Source: Eledone cirrhosa (lineage: Eukaryota). Taken from it: a stretch of DNA of 64,000 bases. Positions 1 to 13,648 of this stretch are shown in pieces. The stretch lies in assembly GCA_964016885.1 (NCBI GenBank), contig OZ024762.1:9486001-9550000 (forward strand), written 5' to 3'. Position 1 is the first letter of the stretch. Each line of letters begins with the position of its first letter. Below the pieces are notes generated by a model that ran no database searches, was not told where the DNA came from, and saw only the letters and a program-made list of their open reading frames with translations. A program made the translations under genes and the position numbers.

Positions 1-63
1 AAGGGCCATACATCATCATCATCATCATCATCATTTTACGTCCACTTTTCCCTGTTTGCAAGG

Positions 64-115
<52 letters not shown>

Positions 116-425
116 ACATACAGATAGACAGATATATATATAGATAGATAAATAGATAGATAGATAGATATAATCGTGGTACAGACCTGAGAGTTGTGAC
201 TCATTTATATACAGTTTCAGTTTATAAGTGGTGATTATATATATATATATATGGTTCCCAAATATATAATTATATACATATAAACATGCGTGTTTAAAAG
301 AATCCTGAGTTATGTCACCTTACGATATTACATCGTGTTTACGTTGGTTGGAGATGCACTATATATAAATGATAAACAGGGTAGACTGCGTATGTATATG
401 CGTATATATATATATAAGGACAGAC

Positions 426-482
<57 letters not shown>

Positions 483-631
483 AGGAAAGACTGCGTGTGT
501 GTGTATGTATGTATATATGAGAATGGGTGTTTAAAATAACACAGTTATTTTATATATATATGAATGTATGTATGTATATATGAGAATGAGTGTTTAAAAT
601 AACACAGCTATTTTATATATATATAAGGACA

Positions 632-719
<88 letters not shown>

Positions 720-853
720 GAATGGATGTATATATATGAGAATGGGTGTTTAAAATAACACAGTGTTTAAAACATTAAAACAGTGACTGAATGAGTATTC
801 AATATGTGTAAGTATATATAGAGGGTAGGTTCTATTTCCTGGGTACTCAGAAA

Positions 854-917
<64 letters not shown>

Positions 918-1355
918 CACACATATAATCATAGTATATATACATATAATCATAGTATATATATATATATATACACACACACGTAACTAAAATATTACGA
1001 TAGATTCTGAGATGTTATAATACAATGTATTTCGTATTTACGTTGGTTGAGTTTGAACAATATAAATGTATGGTGTGGTGTGGTGTGGGTGTGTTCCCCC
1101 ACCAAAATAAGTCCTTGTGTTCACCCTGCTGCCAAGAACACCAACATTAAACCCATCCCTCCCTCTCTTCTCTCTGTCAAGCTTACTCATTCACGCAGGC
1201 ACACACATGCATCAAGAAGCCCTCCCATCTTTTCCTTACACACACATATATATATTGTAACTTCGTTTATATTCATTACTACCCCACTCTCAAGAGCGTG
1301 AAATTAATAAACATTTGTTGTACTGCCTCTCTGTTTTGTTCCCGTTCAATTTTTC

Positions 1356-1429
<74 letters not shown>

Positions 1430-1511
1430 TGTATGTCCCTCTATGTTGTACATTTAATGATCCTTTCTCTCTTAAACCTACACATTAAGCCCGTCATCAA
1501 ATGACACACGC

Positions 1512-1563
<52 letters not shown>

Positions 1564-1678
1564 CAATTGCCAGCTTCCCTTTCACTAACTAATTATAGAA
1601 TCTCATCCCTTCCTCCCTCCCTCTCTCACTCGCACTATTACCTCACCTCACTCCATCTTATCATCACCGCCATCTCTC

Positions 1679-1714
<36 letters not shown>

Positions 1715-2101
1715 TTAGTGTTAATAGTCTCTCTCTCTCTCTCTCTCTCTACAACTACCATAGCAACCCCCTCTCTTTCTCAGACATACCACCATCACCA
1801 CCATCACAACATTAATCCTGTTCTCCTCTCTAACACACCATCATCACCATCACAACATTAGTCATGTTCTCCACTCTCACAAACACCACCACCACCACCA
1901 CCACCACAAGCATTACACTAATCCCCCTTCTCTCTCACAAACACCACCACCACCACAAGGATTACACTAATCCCCCTTCTCTCTCACAAACACCACCACC
2001 ACCACCACCACAAGCATTACACTAATCCCCCTTCTCTCTCACACACCACCACCACATTAATCATCACTGGTTGACCAATCCAATTCAGTAGCTACTGAAT
2101 T

Positions 2102-2164
<63 letters not shown>

Positions 2165-2325
2165 GGCCACCGCGAAGAGGCCGCTTTCGGTTATTTGTCG
2201 AAAATTTCTTCATAGGAGCTTTTATTCTTATAGCTTGGTCTAATTGATTTTTTATATGGTTAATTATGCTAATTGGGAGAAGAAATGGTATATATTTTAT
2301 CTAGTGATTCTAAGGACATGATTTA

Positions 2326-2374
<49 letters not shown>

Positions 2375-2811
2375 TATATATTTCGTTTCTGAATTTGTTT
2401 AGCAAGATTCTTTATCTGAAAACGTGTGTTGAAACCGATATTGTTATACTTTGGGAGGGTCATGTTGCCAATAAGAAACACACGCACCAGTTGCTTTCAC
2501 TTCAATTTATTATAATAAATTTATAAATTTAGGAATTTATAAATTTATTATAATAAATTGAAGTGAAAGCAACTGGTGCGTGTGTTTCTTATTGGCAACA
2601 TGACCCTCCCAAAGTATAACAATATATATATATATAGTTAAAGAAAGAGTGACATGGTTGGCTGTACAATAAGGGCTTTATTTAAAGTACTGACAATTGT
2701 TTCGTTGATCAGGTGTGTCTAGAGTTCGCTAATCGCTTGTGGTTGCGTCAATCGATCTCCAATACATTGTTTACAACAGGTCAACACATCAGAGCACGTA
2801 GATATATCTAC

Positions 2812-2867
2812 GTGCTCTGATGTGTTGAACTCTAGACACACCTGATCAACGAAACAATTGTCAGTAC
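2812..2867 (+). ncRNA. Hammerhead-like motif with CUGAUGU core; long-helix-II copies at 2687-2797 (-) and 34622-34732 (+)
   Basis: gtgct-CTGATGT-gttga..tcaac-GAAA-caattg-TC-agtac; palindromic helix III. Confidence 0.58.
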
Positions 2868-3075
2868 TTTAAATAAAGTCCCTTGTTGTACAGTCAACCA
2901 TGTCACTCTTCTTTCACTATTATTACTCCAAGTATAACCTACATAGGAATTACCGTGAACTCGCTGCATAACTATGGAAGCTTCTTGTTGAGTCAAACAA
3001 AGCCGTACGTTAAAACTATCCACGGTGCAGAGTACTCTAACTGGATTACCTATAACGATAACTTGTTATCCCATA

Positions 3076-3404
3076 TCATCATCATCATCATTTTACGTCC
3101 GCTTTTCCCTGCTTGCAAGGGTGGGACGGGAACTGATTCTGGCTTGATTTCTACAGCTGGATGCCCTTCCTAACACCAACCTCATTTACAGTGAGTGCTG
3201 GGTGCTTTTTTGCCGTGGCACCTCCACGACCACTTTGCAGTGGAATGATAGGGACCCCAGTCCCTATCATCTCATTTCTACAGCTGAGTAAACTGGAGCA
3301 ACGTGAAATAAAGTCTCTTGCTCAAGGAAACAACACATCACCCAGTCCGAGAATTGAACTCACAACCTTTCGATTGTAAGGCCAATGCTCTAACCACTAA
3401 GCCA
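3076..3404 (-). mobile_element. SINE family A copy
   Basis: Near-identical reverse complement of 8698-9025. Confidence 0.9.
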
Positions 3405-3569
3405 TATATATATATGAAAAGATTCAGGACCCCGCCGGCTGAGCTCCGGTCGTTTCGACAGCTAGACCCCGAACTAGTCCTGAATCATTTTCTATTACCC
3501 ACTCAACTACTCCAAGTATTGAGTACTCTGGTAAATTATGGTCCACCTGGTATCTTACCACACCCTCTT

Positions 3570-3616
<47 letters not shown>

Positions 3617-3717
3617 AACGAGTAGGACTACTCGTTCCTATTACCCACTCTACTACCCTAAGTATTGAGTACTTTGGTGCGTTATGGTCCACCTGGTTCC
3701 TTACCACATTTCCTTTG

Positions 3718-3804
<87 letters not shown>

Positions 3805-3981
3805 AGAAGGCATGTGTGGCTTAGTGGTTAGAGTATTGGGTTCGCAACCATGACATTCTGAGTTTGATTCCCTGGCATCATATATAGTGTATATATGTGT
3901 ATATATGAGTTGCGATGCCACTGGTGCCAAGCTGTAACAGCCTTTACCTTGGCAACATCATATATAGTGTATGTAAAAAAG

Positions 3982-4263
3982 TCTAAAGTCTGTCTTAAGC
4001 CAGAAGGCTCATTTCGCCAGTGCTTATCCCGGTTTCATGGCGTGAAACGACTGAGAGTACAAGACTTTCCACTGGACAGGACGCCAGTCCATTGCAGGGT
4101 TAAAACTCCCAGCTATTGCTGGTTCTTATTTTCAGCTGAGTATACTGGAGCAATGTGAAATGAAGTGTTTTTGCTCAAGAACACAACACGCAGCCCAGGA
4201 ATTAACCCCACGACATTATGATCGTAAGTCCAACACCCTTACCACTAGGCCACGTGCCTCCAC
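3982..4263 (-). mobile_element. tRNA-derived SINE family C; second copy 8105-8387
   Basis: A box TGGCCTAGTGG, shares core with family A, then ccctgcaatggactggcgtcctgtccag (V-SINE-like segment). Confidence 0.8.
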
Positions 4264-4760
4264 TATAGTGTATATATTGCGTATATATACAGTGTATGTA
4301 TGAGTTGTGACAACACTGGTGCCAAGCTGTATCGGCCTTTCTCCTTTCTCATGGACAACATCGGTGGCAATAGGGGAAACTGGTATGCATGTGTGATTGC
4401 TGGCCTTCTACAAAAACACCTTGCCCAGGATTATATCTCAGTGGGGAATATTCTATGTACATAACCCATGGTTATTTTAATCTGCTTAATATGGAAAATA
4501 TTCCATCAGCATTGCCCAAATGATGTTGGAATCATCTTTAACCCTTTAGCATTTAAACTGGTCATATCCAGCCAGAATTACCTCACCTCTTTCCATTCAA
4601 ACTGGCTCTAACTAGCCACTCATACTTATGTTAAGGTATTGTTCTCAAAATAAATAACATCAAAATCTCATAGATTTGATATTATGTGAGGTAAAGCCTT
4701 TACCAGAAAAATACAATAGTATATATAGAGTAATGTAAATGGTAAAGGGTTAAAGTACAC

Positions 4761-5030
4761 CTAAGGCTTGAGCCTCGTGCTATCTGCCCACAACAAAAAT
4801 CAAACTCGCTTCCATAACAACAATACGGTACAATTATTTCACCTCAATTGGCCCCACTCTCTTCAACATTACACCAAAACACATTAAAAAAGAAACAGAC
4901 CCCATAAGGTTCAAGAAGTCTTTGGACAAATTCCTCCAAGAAATCCCAGATAAACCTCCTACAACCGGATATGTCTCTGTAAACAATAACACTCTACTTG
5001 AGTAGGCCAAGGTGTCTACTTCCTGATTTA
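4761..5030 (+). mobile_element. Degenerate CR1-like LINE ORF2 C-terminal fragment (second family)
   Basis: Translates as ...GPTLFNITPKHIK...FKKSLDKFLQEIPDKP, typical of CR1-group ORF2 ends. Confidence 0.65.
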
Positions 5031-6091
5031 AAAGACTTCGCCAGGCGGTGCTATTAAGTTAGACTGGCGGTAATGTATCAAAGTTAATCGTTGTCATCAT
5101 CATCATCATTTTACATCCGCTTTTCCTTGCATGAAAGGGTGGGACGGGTTCTCTTCAGCACAGCATCTCCCCATTTGTCATGGTCCCTCATCATCTCCTC
5201 TGTGAGCATGGGTTGGATGGGGTCTACATAGACCATGTCAGTACTGAAGTTGGGCTGCTGATCTCCCAGACAGGCCAGGGATCAGCATTTCATTTATGTA
5301 CAGTCACACGTTCTACTGAGTGCACAGGAGAAGTTATTATGTCCTTGACACGATTGAAGGGTCCTCGAAACCTTTAGTTTGGCAAGTTTTCTACGTTTGG
5401 ATGCCCTTCCTATCACTAACCACTTTACAGTGTGTTTTGAGTGCTTTTATCGTGTAGATCACCAAACACTAAGTAGAATGTGATACCCTTGACAAGACCC
5501 AAGGGTCCTCGAAACCTTAAGTTTAGCAAGCTTTCTACAACTGGATACCCTTCCTATAGCAAACCACTCTACAGCGTGTATTGAGTGCTTTTATTATGTA
5601 AATCACCAAACACTAGGGAGACTGTCATATCCTTGACAAAACTTAAGGGTCCTCAAAACCTTTTGTTTGTCAAGCTTTCTATGGCTGGATGGTCTTCCTA
5701 TTACTAATCAAATCACTCTACAACATGTATTGAGTGCTTTTATCATGTAGATCACTAAACACTAGGGAAGCTGTCATATCTTTGTAACAACTGAAAGGTC
5801 CTCTCAACCTTTCTACGCCTGGCTGCCCTTCCTATAACTAACAACTTTACAGCAGGTATTGTGTGCTTTTATTGTGTAAATCATAAAAACACTAGAACGG
5901 CTGTCATGTACTTGACAAGACTATAAATAAATATATAGAGTGGTATGCAGATTGGAGGAAAGATAAACATACCAGCTTCACATGTACAGACATGTACAGA
6001 GTCATGTCGTACCTACTCTGCAGTATGTGTAGTTAACCAGGATGATAAGAGGGGATTTGCAGCCAGCTGCACCAAATATGCATGTAAATCA

Positions 6092-6156
<65 letters not shown>

Positions 6157-6204
6157 CATATATATACATATACATATATATACATATATATATACATATA
6201 TATA

Positions 6205-6265
<61 letters not shown>

Positions 6266-6652
6266 GCATATATATATATATATGCATATATATATATATA
6301 TATATATAGAAATATAAGAATCAAAGAACTGTTCAAAACATTATTGTGCTTACAGCTGTTTCCTCCAAACCGAGGTTTGGATTCTTCGGAGCAATTTATT
6401 AATGCATGGACAGTTATATGACCTCCCCTTCAGCCGAGAGACATACCAATACATATTCAAACATTGATACATATTCAAACATTGTGGGTCAACATTCATT
6501 ACAGAATTTAGAGTGGCAGTACACACTTCGAGATTACATTTATATTAATAGGTACAATCAAAAATCAAAGATATAGGTTAAAGTACAACATGAAGATAAG
6601 TGGTTATATAGTGCAAATATATATATATATATGCATATATATATATGTATGC

Positions 6653-6683
<31 letters not shown>

Positions 6684-6840
6684 TGCATATATATATATAT
6701 GCATACATATATGTATGTATATATATATAAACATGCATATATATATATGCATATATATATGTATGTATATATATATAAACATGCATATATATATATGCAT
6801 ATATATATGTATGTATGTATATATATATATATGCATATTT

Positions 6841-6886
<46 letters not shown>

Positions 6887-6887
6887 G

Positions 6888-6927
<40 letters not shown>

Positions 6928-7048
6928 TATTTATACATACATATATATATATATATCATATATATCATATATACGTGTGGAAGTCTGTGTATAAAAGCTG
7001 AGAATGTCAACACACAAAAGTAAACATTATGTGTATGTTTTTGCTCAG

Positions 7049-7101
<53 letters not shown>

Positions 7102-7226
7102 CAAGAAAGTGTTGGTATAATCCAGTACTTCAGTATGCGGATAGGGAGCACTCAACGAAGATAAAAGTTCCCTAGTTATAATAGTGACGAAACATAAGTC
7201 AATTGCATGAACTCATAATCCTTTAC

Positions 7227-7289
7227 TTACTGCTATATATATATTTCGATGATAGCCATTGAATGGCTATGACCTCATCAGGTAGTTAG
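7227..7289 (-). ncRNA. Hammerhead ribozyme motif
   Basis: Minus strand reads actac-CTGATGA-ggtc-atagccatt/aatggctat-catc-GAAA-tatatata-TA-gcagt; one helix I mismatch. Confidence 0.65.
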
Positions 7290-7350
7290 TCAGTTCTTAG
7301 ATATGCCAGCTCTGTGTTTATCATGTTGATGGTATCAGAGCCTCTTCCTA

Positions 7351-7663
7351 TCATCATCATCATCATCATTTCATTTTACGTCCACTTTTCCCTGCTTGAT
7401 TTCTACAGCTGGATGCCCTTCCTAACACCAACCTCATTTACAGTGAGTGCTGGGTGCTTTTTTGCCGTGGCACCTCCACGACCACTTTGCAGTTGAATGA
7501 TAGGGACCCCAGTCCCTATCATCTCATTTCTACAGCTGAGTAAACTGGAGCAATGTGAAATAAAGTGTCTTGCTCAAGGAAACAACACATCACCCGGTCT
7601 GAGAATTGAACTCACAACCTTTCGATTGCAAGGCCAATGCTCTAACCACTAAGCCATGTGCTC
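7351..7663 (-). mobile_element. SINE family A copy
   Basis: Same sequence with a short internal deletion. Confidence 0.9.
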
Positions 7664-8697
7664 CTATCTATATATCTATTTATCTAGCTACCTACCAAGC
7701 TCCCTGTCTATCTATCTATCTGTCTGTCTACCTATTCATGTGTATTCACTGATTTATCTGTCTTTGGACAAGAACAACAACAAAGCCCAAATCCCAACAG
7801 CAGTTTGAAGACAGACGGATACATAGGCTGAACAATGCCATCATAATTTAATTGTTTCTACTTTTGGCACAAGGCCAGCAATTACCCAGTACATTACTGG
7901 TACTTTATTTTATCGACCCCATAAGGATGAAAGGCAAAGTTAACTCCGACCATCATAATTTAATGGGTATGCGTTTGATAATGATTACAGAAAATTATTG
8001 CAATTGATTTACCCCTAAATACTCGAACATAAGCTGGCCCACACCCCATGTCTGAGAAATGGGCAAAAATCCAAACCCTGTTTATAAGCTGAGGTAGCTC
8101 AAGGTCTAAAGTCTGTCTTAAGCCCGGAGGGTTGTTAAGCCGGTGCTAATCCCAGTTTCATAGCATGAAGCAACTGAGAGTACAAGACTTCCCCCTGGAC
8201 AGGACGCCAGTCTATCACAGGGTTAAACCCTCCAGCTATTGTTGGTTCTCATTTACAGCTGAGTATACTGGAACAACGTGAAATGAAGTGTTTTTCTCGA
8301 GAACACAACAAATAACCCAGCCCAGGAATCGAACCTGCGACATTATGATCTAAGTTCAACACACTTACCACTAGGCCACGCGCTTCCAACACATTATGTT
8401 TAGATGGCGAATATAAAACAACCCCTCCCCTCACCATTTCACCATCAATGTTTTGGTCACATATTTCTTGGCTTATATCTGAGTCTATACAATAAGTAAA
8501 TGAATGTCAAATGAAATTTGACTGGAGTGACAAAATGGACAAGGTACAGGAAAACTCTAGGGTTCAAGCATCTTTACATAGAATGTCCTAATTAAGGAAT
8601 TATTAAATGAAATACATTTTTTTTTACTATAAACTCCATTATTTGTGACATGTACTATGCTAGTATATATATATATATATAGAGATATAGATATATG

Positions 8698-9025
8698 GAA
8701 GCACATGGCTTAGTGGTTAGAGCATTGGCCTTGCAATCGAAAGGTTGTGAGTTCAATTCTCAGACCAGGTGATGTGTTGTTTCCTTGAGCAAGACATTTT
8801 ATTTCACATTGCTCCAGTTTACTCAGCTGTAGAAATGGGATGATAGGACTGGGGTCCTTATCATTCCACTGCAAAGTGGTCGTGGAGGTGCCACGGCAAA
8901 AAAGCACCCAGCACTCACTGTAAATGAGGAAGGGCATCCAGCTGTAGAAATCAAGCCAGAATCAGTTCCCATTCCACTCTTGCAAGCAGGGAAAAGCGGA
9001 CGTAAAATGATGATGATGATGATGA
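8698..9025 (+). mobile_element. tRNA-derived SINE family A (about 330 bp, (ATG)n tail)
   Basis: A box TGGCTTAGTGG, B box GAGTTCAATTC, core ccttgagcaagac...tgctccagt, RTE-like tail cttgcaagcagggaaaagcggacgtaaaatgatgatg. Confidence 0.9.
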
Positions 9026-9149
9026 TATATATATATGATGCAACACTGTTTCTTTGTTCCCTTATATATCAATTCTAAATATATATATATTAATATAGAA
9101 ATGGCTTCTACAGGACTAGAACTGTTTCATTCAGAGGAAATCATCAAAG

Positions 9150-9201
9150 GGCTTTCCTGATGATTTCCTTCGAATGAAACAGTTCTAGTCCTGTAAAAGC
9201 C
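9150..9201 (+). ncRNA. Hammerhead ribozyme motif in a fold-back element (relatives at 51449-51472 and 62833-62874 on the minus strand)
   Basis: ggctttc-CTGATGA(9157)-tttccttcgaat-GAAA-cag..ctg-TA-aaagcc; inverted degenerate copy at 9102-9149. Confidence 0.65.
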
Positions 9202-11289
9202 ATTTCTATATTAATATTTATACTCTGCTATGTTTTGAGTACCTTACTTACTGTGGTTACCCCAATTAAACCCAGGATAAACATATATATATATATCTAA
9301 ACATATGTATTAAAGAATTGCTGCTTTCACCCTTAACGGGATCTTCTGAGTTTCAGAAGATCCCGTTAAGGGTGAAAGCAGTGATTCTTTGTTTAAACTT
9401 TAATCTGCTATTTTAATAAATATTTGCTCTATGGTTTTATATATTTTTATATATATATTATCTTTAGCAAGTCATTCTTGAAACATAGAAAACACTGTTA
9501 TGACTGCATCACATTAAAAAATTAAGTCTTTACTCTAATATTTTCACAATTTTCAAAACGACTTGTCCATTGGTAAAGATACTATAAACATTTGAATTAA
9601 CAAACCACATGAAGCCACATTAGCGAGAGATTGTTAAAAAATACAAAACAGTACTATGACTCCATCACATTAAAAATGAAAGCCTTTCCTCTAATACTGC
9701 CAATTTTCTCAACAATCTGTCCACTGATAAAGATACTATAAACATTTGAACAAACCACATGAAGCCACATTAGCGAGAGATTGCATTAGGAAGACTTTCT
9801 TGATAAGTACAAAATAGCATTATGGCTGCATCACACTTTTAACCCTTTAATGTTCAAACCGGCCAAAACTGGCCAGAATTCTCTACCTCTTTCTGTTGAA
9901 ACTGGCTGTAACCGGTTGCTCAAACTGATGTTAAGGTATTGTTCTCAAAATAAATACTTTCAAAATCTCATAAATTCGATATTATGTGAGATAATTATGC
10001 GAGGTAAAGCCTTTACCATGAAAATATAATAGTAAATATAGAGTAATGTGAATGCTAAAGGGTTAAAATTAAAGTCTTTATTCTAATACTGCAAATTCTA
10101 CTAACCCTAGTAAAGATACTATACATATTTTAATTAAGAAACGACATTAACAAGAGATTCTCAAAAAGTACAAAACAGCAATATGACTACATCAGATAAA
10201 CAATTAAAATCTTTACTCTAACACTGCCAAGTATGCAATGACCTGTCCACTGATAAAGATACTATAAATATTTGAATTAACAAACCTGTTTTAAGATATT
10301 TCGTCTAAATTCTTAGAGGATGTTAAGAGTTAAAGAAGACAAATTATATAGATGAATTGATAGATAGATAAACAGATAGATAGATAGATAGATAGCTATA
10401 TATCTTTTTTGCCATTAGGGCATACAAGAAATGGGACATTACAAGATGTGACGGCAGGGGTTTTACATGAAATAGATAAATAGATAGATACATAGATAGA
10501 TAGATGGATAGATAGATAGGTAAATAAATAAACAGACAGGTAAACAAACAATAAATAGGTAATAAATAAATAAGACAATAGATAATAAATGAAAGATATG
10601 AAGATAGAAGACAAATGGTAAGTAGATGTTAGATAACTATAGTATTATATAAGAAATGACTAAGATAATCTATTGGTAAGTTTTCTATGGTTAGATGCCC
10701 TTCCTGTCACCAACACTAGAGAGGTCATCATGTCTATCTCACAGCTGACGAGTCCTCCCGACTGTGTTTGGTCAGTTTTCTATGGTTAGATACCCTTCCT
10801 ATCACCAACAGTAGGGAGGTTGTCATGTCTATATCACAACTGAAGAGTCCTCTCAACTCTGGTAGGTTTTCTACAGTTGGATACCCTTCCTATCACCAAC
10901 CATTTTACAGTAGTGTACAGAGTGGTTGTTTATCGTGTGGATCACCAACACCAGGGAGGCTGTCAAGTCTTGAACATAGCTGATGAGTCCTCCCAACTCT
11001 GTTTGGCAGGTTGTCTATAGTTGGATACCCTTCCTATCACCAACACTAGGACAGCTGCCACGTCTTTCTCACTGCTGAAGCATCCTCCCGACACCTAGCT
11101 GCCCTTCCTTATCACCAACCACTTTACAGGAGTGAACTGGGTGGTCGTTTATCATGTGGAACACCAACACTAGGACGGCTGAAAAACCCCTCCTGATATA
11201 TAGTAAATAAACAAATGAACAAACAAACAAACATATTAGATATAAACACGATGACGATATATATTTTGTTTTTTTTTTACAAAGCTTAC

Positions 11290-11473
11290 CTCCCAGTCTT
11301 TGGAGATACTTTCTCGATGTCCAAAATAGCCATCTAGAATATCTAGATCATCTTCAGCTTGGCTGCTACTATTATCAAAAACCACAAAACCCATCTTGCG
11401 TGCCTCCGTTTCCTCATCATCACCATATATTTCGGGTTTCCAGTGAAGCAGGAAAGCATAGAAGTTGTCAGCT
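11290..11473 (-). CDS. OXR1: OXR1-family exon (ADNFYAFLLHWKPEIYGDDEETEARKMGFVVFD...ISKDWE); CDS continues to TLDc exons beyond this point
   Basis: Matches the D.LY.F...W.P.IYG...GFVV...K.WE block before TLDc; acceptor cctatttcag, donor GAG|GTAAGC; 184 nt, phase 2/0. Confidence 0.95.
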
Positions 11474-11654
11474 CTGAAATAGGAAGATGTGAAAATAAGA
11501 TATTATTATAAAATTCAGTCTCAGTATATTTTGGTGGTTTTAAAGCAGAGCCCTGAGGACCATGAAAAACATCAGATGGGACCACCACGTTTCCAACAGT
11601 GTTGCGTGCATGCACACATCAACCCAGAGCTTGCTGCCCCATAGTTAACTGCTG

Positions 11655-11925
11655 CTTGCGCTGGTATGGACATGTCCTCCACTTTCCACCAGATCACCCT
11701 ACCAGGGCCTTACTCTCATTTGATGCAGCAGCTGCAGGCTGAAAGAAGCCCTGTTGCAGGCCCCACACCAGATGGCTGGATATCATCAGGGAAGATCTCA
11801 GGAGGCTCGACACCACCTTGGAGGATGCAGAGGAGCTGGCACAGGACTGCTAGCGATGGAGGGCACTGGTGGACCTGGTCGGCTTAGGATGACCCCAGCT
11901 TTGAGCAAGAGCAAGAAGAAGAAGA
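11655..11925 (+). mobile_element. Degenerate RTE-like LINE 3' fragment with (AAG)n tail
   Basis: WYGHVL...RPHTRWLDIIREDL...AQD..RWR with internal stops. Confidence 0.75.
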
Positions 11926-12039
11926 TATGGAGCAGAAAGCAAACATCTTTGTGAGGCAGCAAGTTAACAAATATTCAGGCAGACAGGAACCATTTCTTGT
12001 GATGGTGAAATGACAGAAGCTTGACTGGTGAGGCCATGT

Positions 12040-13455
12040 ATATCACCACCACCACCACCACCACCACCACCACACTGCTAACTACACCACCACTACCACT
12101 ACCAACAACAACAACCACACCACCAACCACACTAACAACAACAACCACACTATCAACAACAACCACACCAACAACAATAACACCACCAACAACAATAACA
12201 CCACCACAATAACACCACAACAACACCACCACCACAACCAACAACACCACCAACAACTACCACACCACCAACCACACTAACAACAACAAACACACTATCA
12301 ACAACAACCACACCAACAACAACACCACCAACAACAATAACACCACCAACAATAACACCACGACAATAACACCACCACAACAACACCACCACCACAACCA
12401 ACCACCACCACAACCAACAACCACAACACCACCAACAACAACACTGCCACCACAACCAACAACAACAACACCACCATCAACAATAACAACACTACCACCA
12501 CCATCACTCCACCACCACAATTAACAACAACACCACCACCACCACCACCAACAATAACAACACTACCACCACCATCACTCCACCACCACAATTAACAACA
12601 ACACCACCACCACCAACAATAACAACACTACCACCACCATCACTCCACCACCACAATTAACAACAACACCACCACCACCACCACCAACAATAACAACACT
12701 ACCACCACCATCACTTCACCACCACAATTAACAACAACACCACCACCACCAACAATAACAACACTACCACCACCATCACTCCACCACCACAATTAACAAC
12801 AACACCACCACCACCAACAATAACAACACTACCACCACCATCACTCCACCACCACAATTAACAACAACACCACCACCACCAACAATAACAACACTACCAC
12901 CACCATCACTCCACCACCACAATTAACAACAACACCACCACCACCACCACCAACAATAACAACACTACCACCACCATCACTTCACCACCACAATTAACAA
13001 CAACACCACCACCACCAACAATAACAACACTACCACCACCATCACTCCACCACCACAATTAACAACAACACCACCACCACCAACAATAACAACACTACCA
13101 CCACCATCACTCCACCACCACAATTAACAACAACACCACCACCACCAACAATAACAACACTACCACCACCATCACTCCACCACCACAATTAACAACAACA
13201 CCACCACCACCAACAATAACAACACTACCACCACCATCACTCCACCACCACAATTAACAACAACACCACCACCACCAACAATAACAACACTACCACCACC
13301 ATCACTCCACCACCACAATTAACAACAACAACACCACCACCAACAATAACAACACTACCACCACCATCACTCCACCACCACAATTAACAATAACAACACT
13401 ACCACCACCATCACTCCACCACCACAATTAACAACAACAACACCACCATAACAAC
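12040..13455. repeat. CAC/CAA compound repeat with about 57-bp higher-order unit
   Basis: Repeated caataacaacactaccaccaccatcactccaccaccacaattaacaacaacaccaccac. Confidence 0.92.
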
Positions 13456-13485
13456 AACAGCAAGACCAACAAGCAAGCTACTTAC

Positions 13486-13648
13486 TTCTCTTGAGAGACT
13501 GTGAACCAATATTCAGGTTTCTTTGCTTTACCGTAGGTAGTGAAGGGTGCCTCATATGTGACTGTGGTGTTTTTAGGTTTGCCAACCTTTAGGCAAAGGA
13601 ATAGAGGGGGTTCCTCATAGCGGATTGTCAATAGGGATGCTTTGAGTT
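13486..13648 (-). CDS. OXR1: OXR1-family exon (KLKASLLTIRYEEPPLFLCLKVGKPKNTTVTYEAPFTTYGKAKKPEYWFTVSQEK)
   Basis: Hand-translated; PPLFLCLKVGKP and KPEYWF are conserved OXR1/NCOA7 motifs; acceptor ctctctacag, donor GAA|GTAAGT; 163 nt, phase 1/2. Confidence 0.95.

Noticed and set aside
3161-3379. Recurring MPFLTPTSFTVSAGCFF ORF (7 or more copies)
   Set aside because: Antisense reading of SINE family A, not a gene family.
1-11289. TLDc-domain exons of OXR1
   Set aside because: No TLDc motifs (e.g. HGxSLxTLY, GxGExF) found by eye; they presumably lie beyond the window start.
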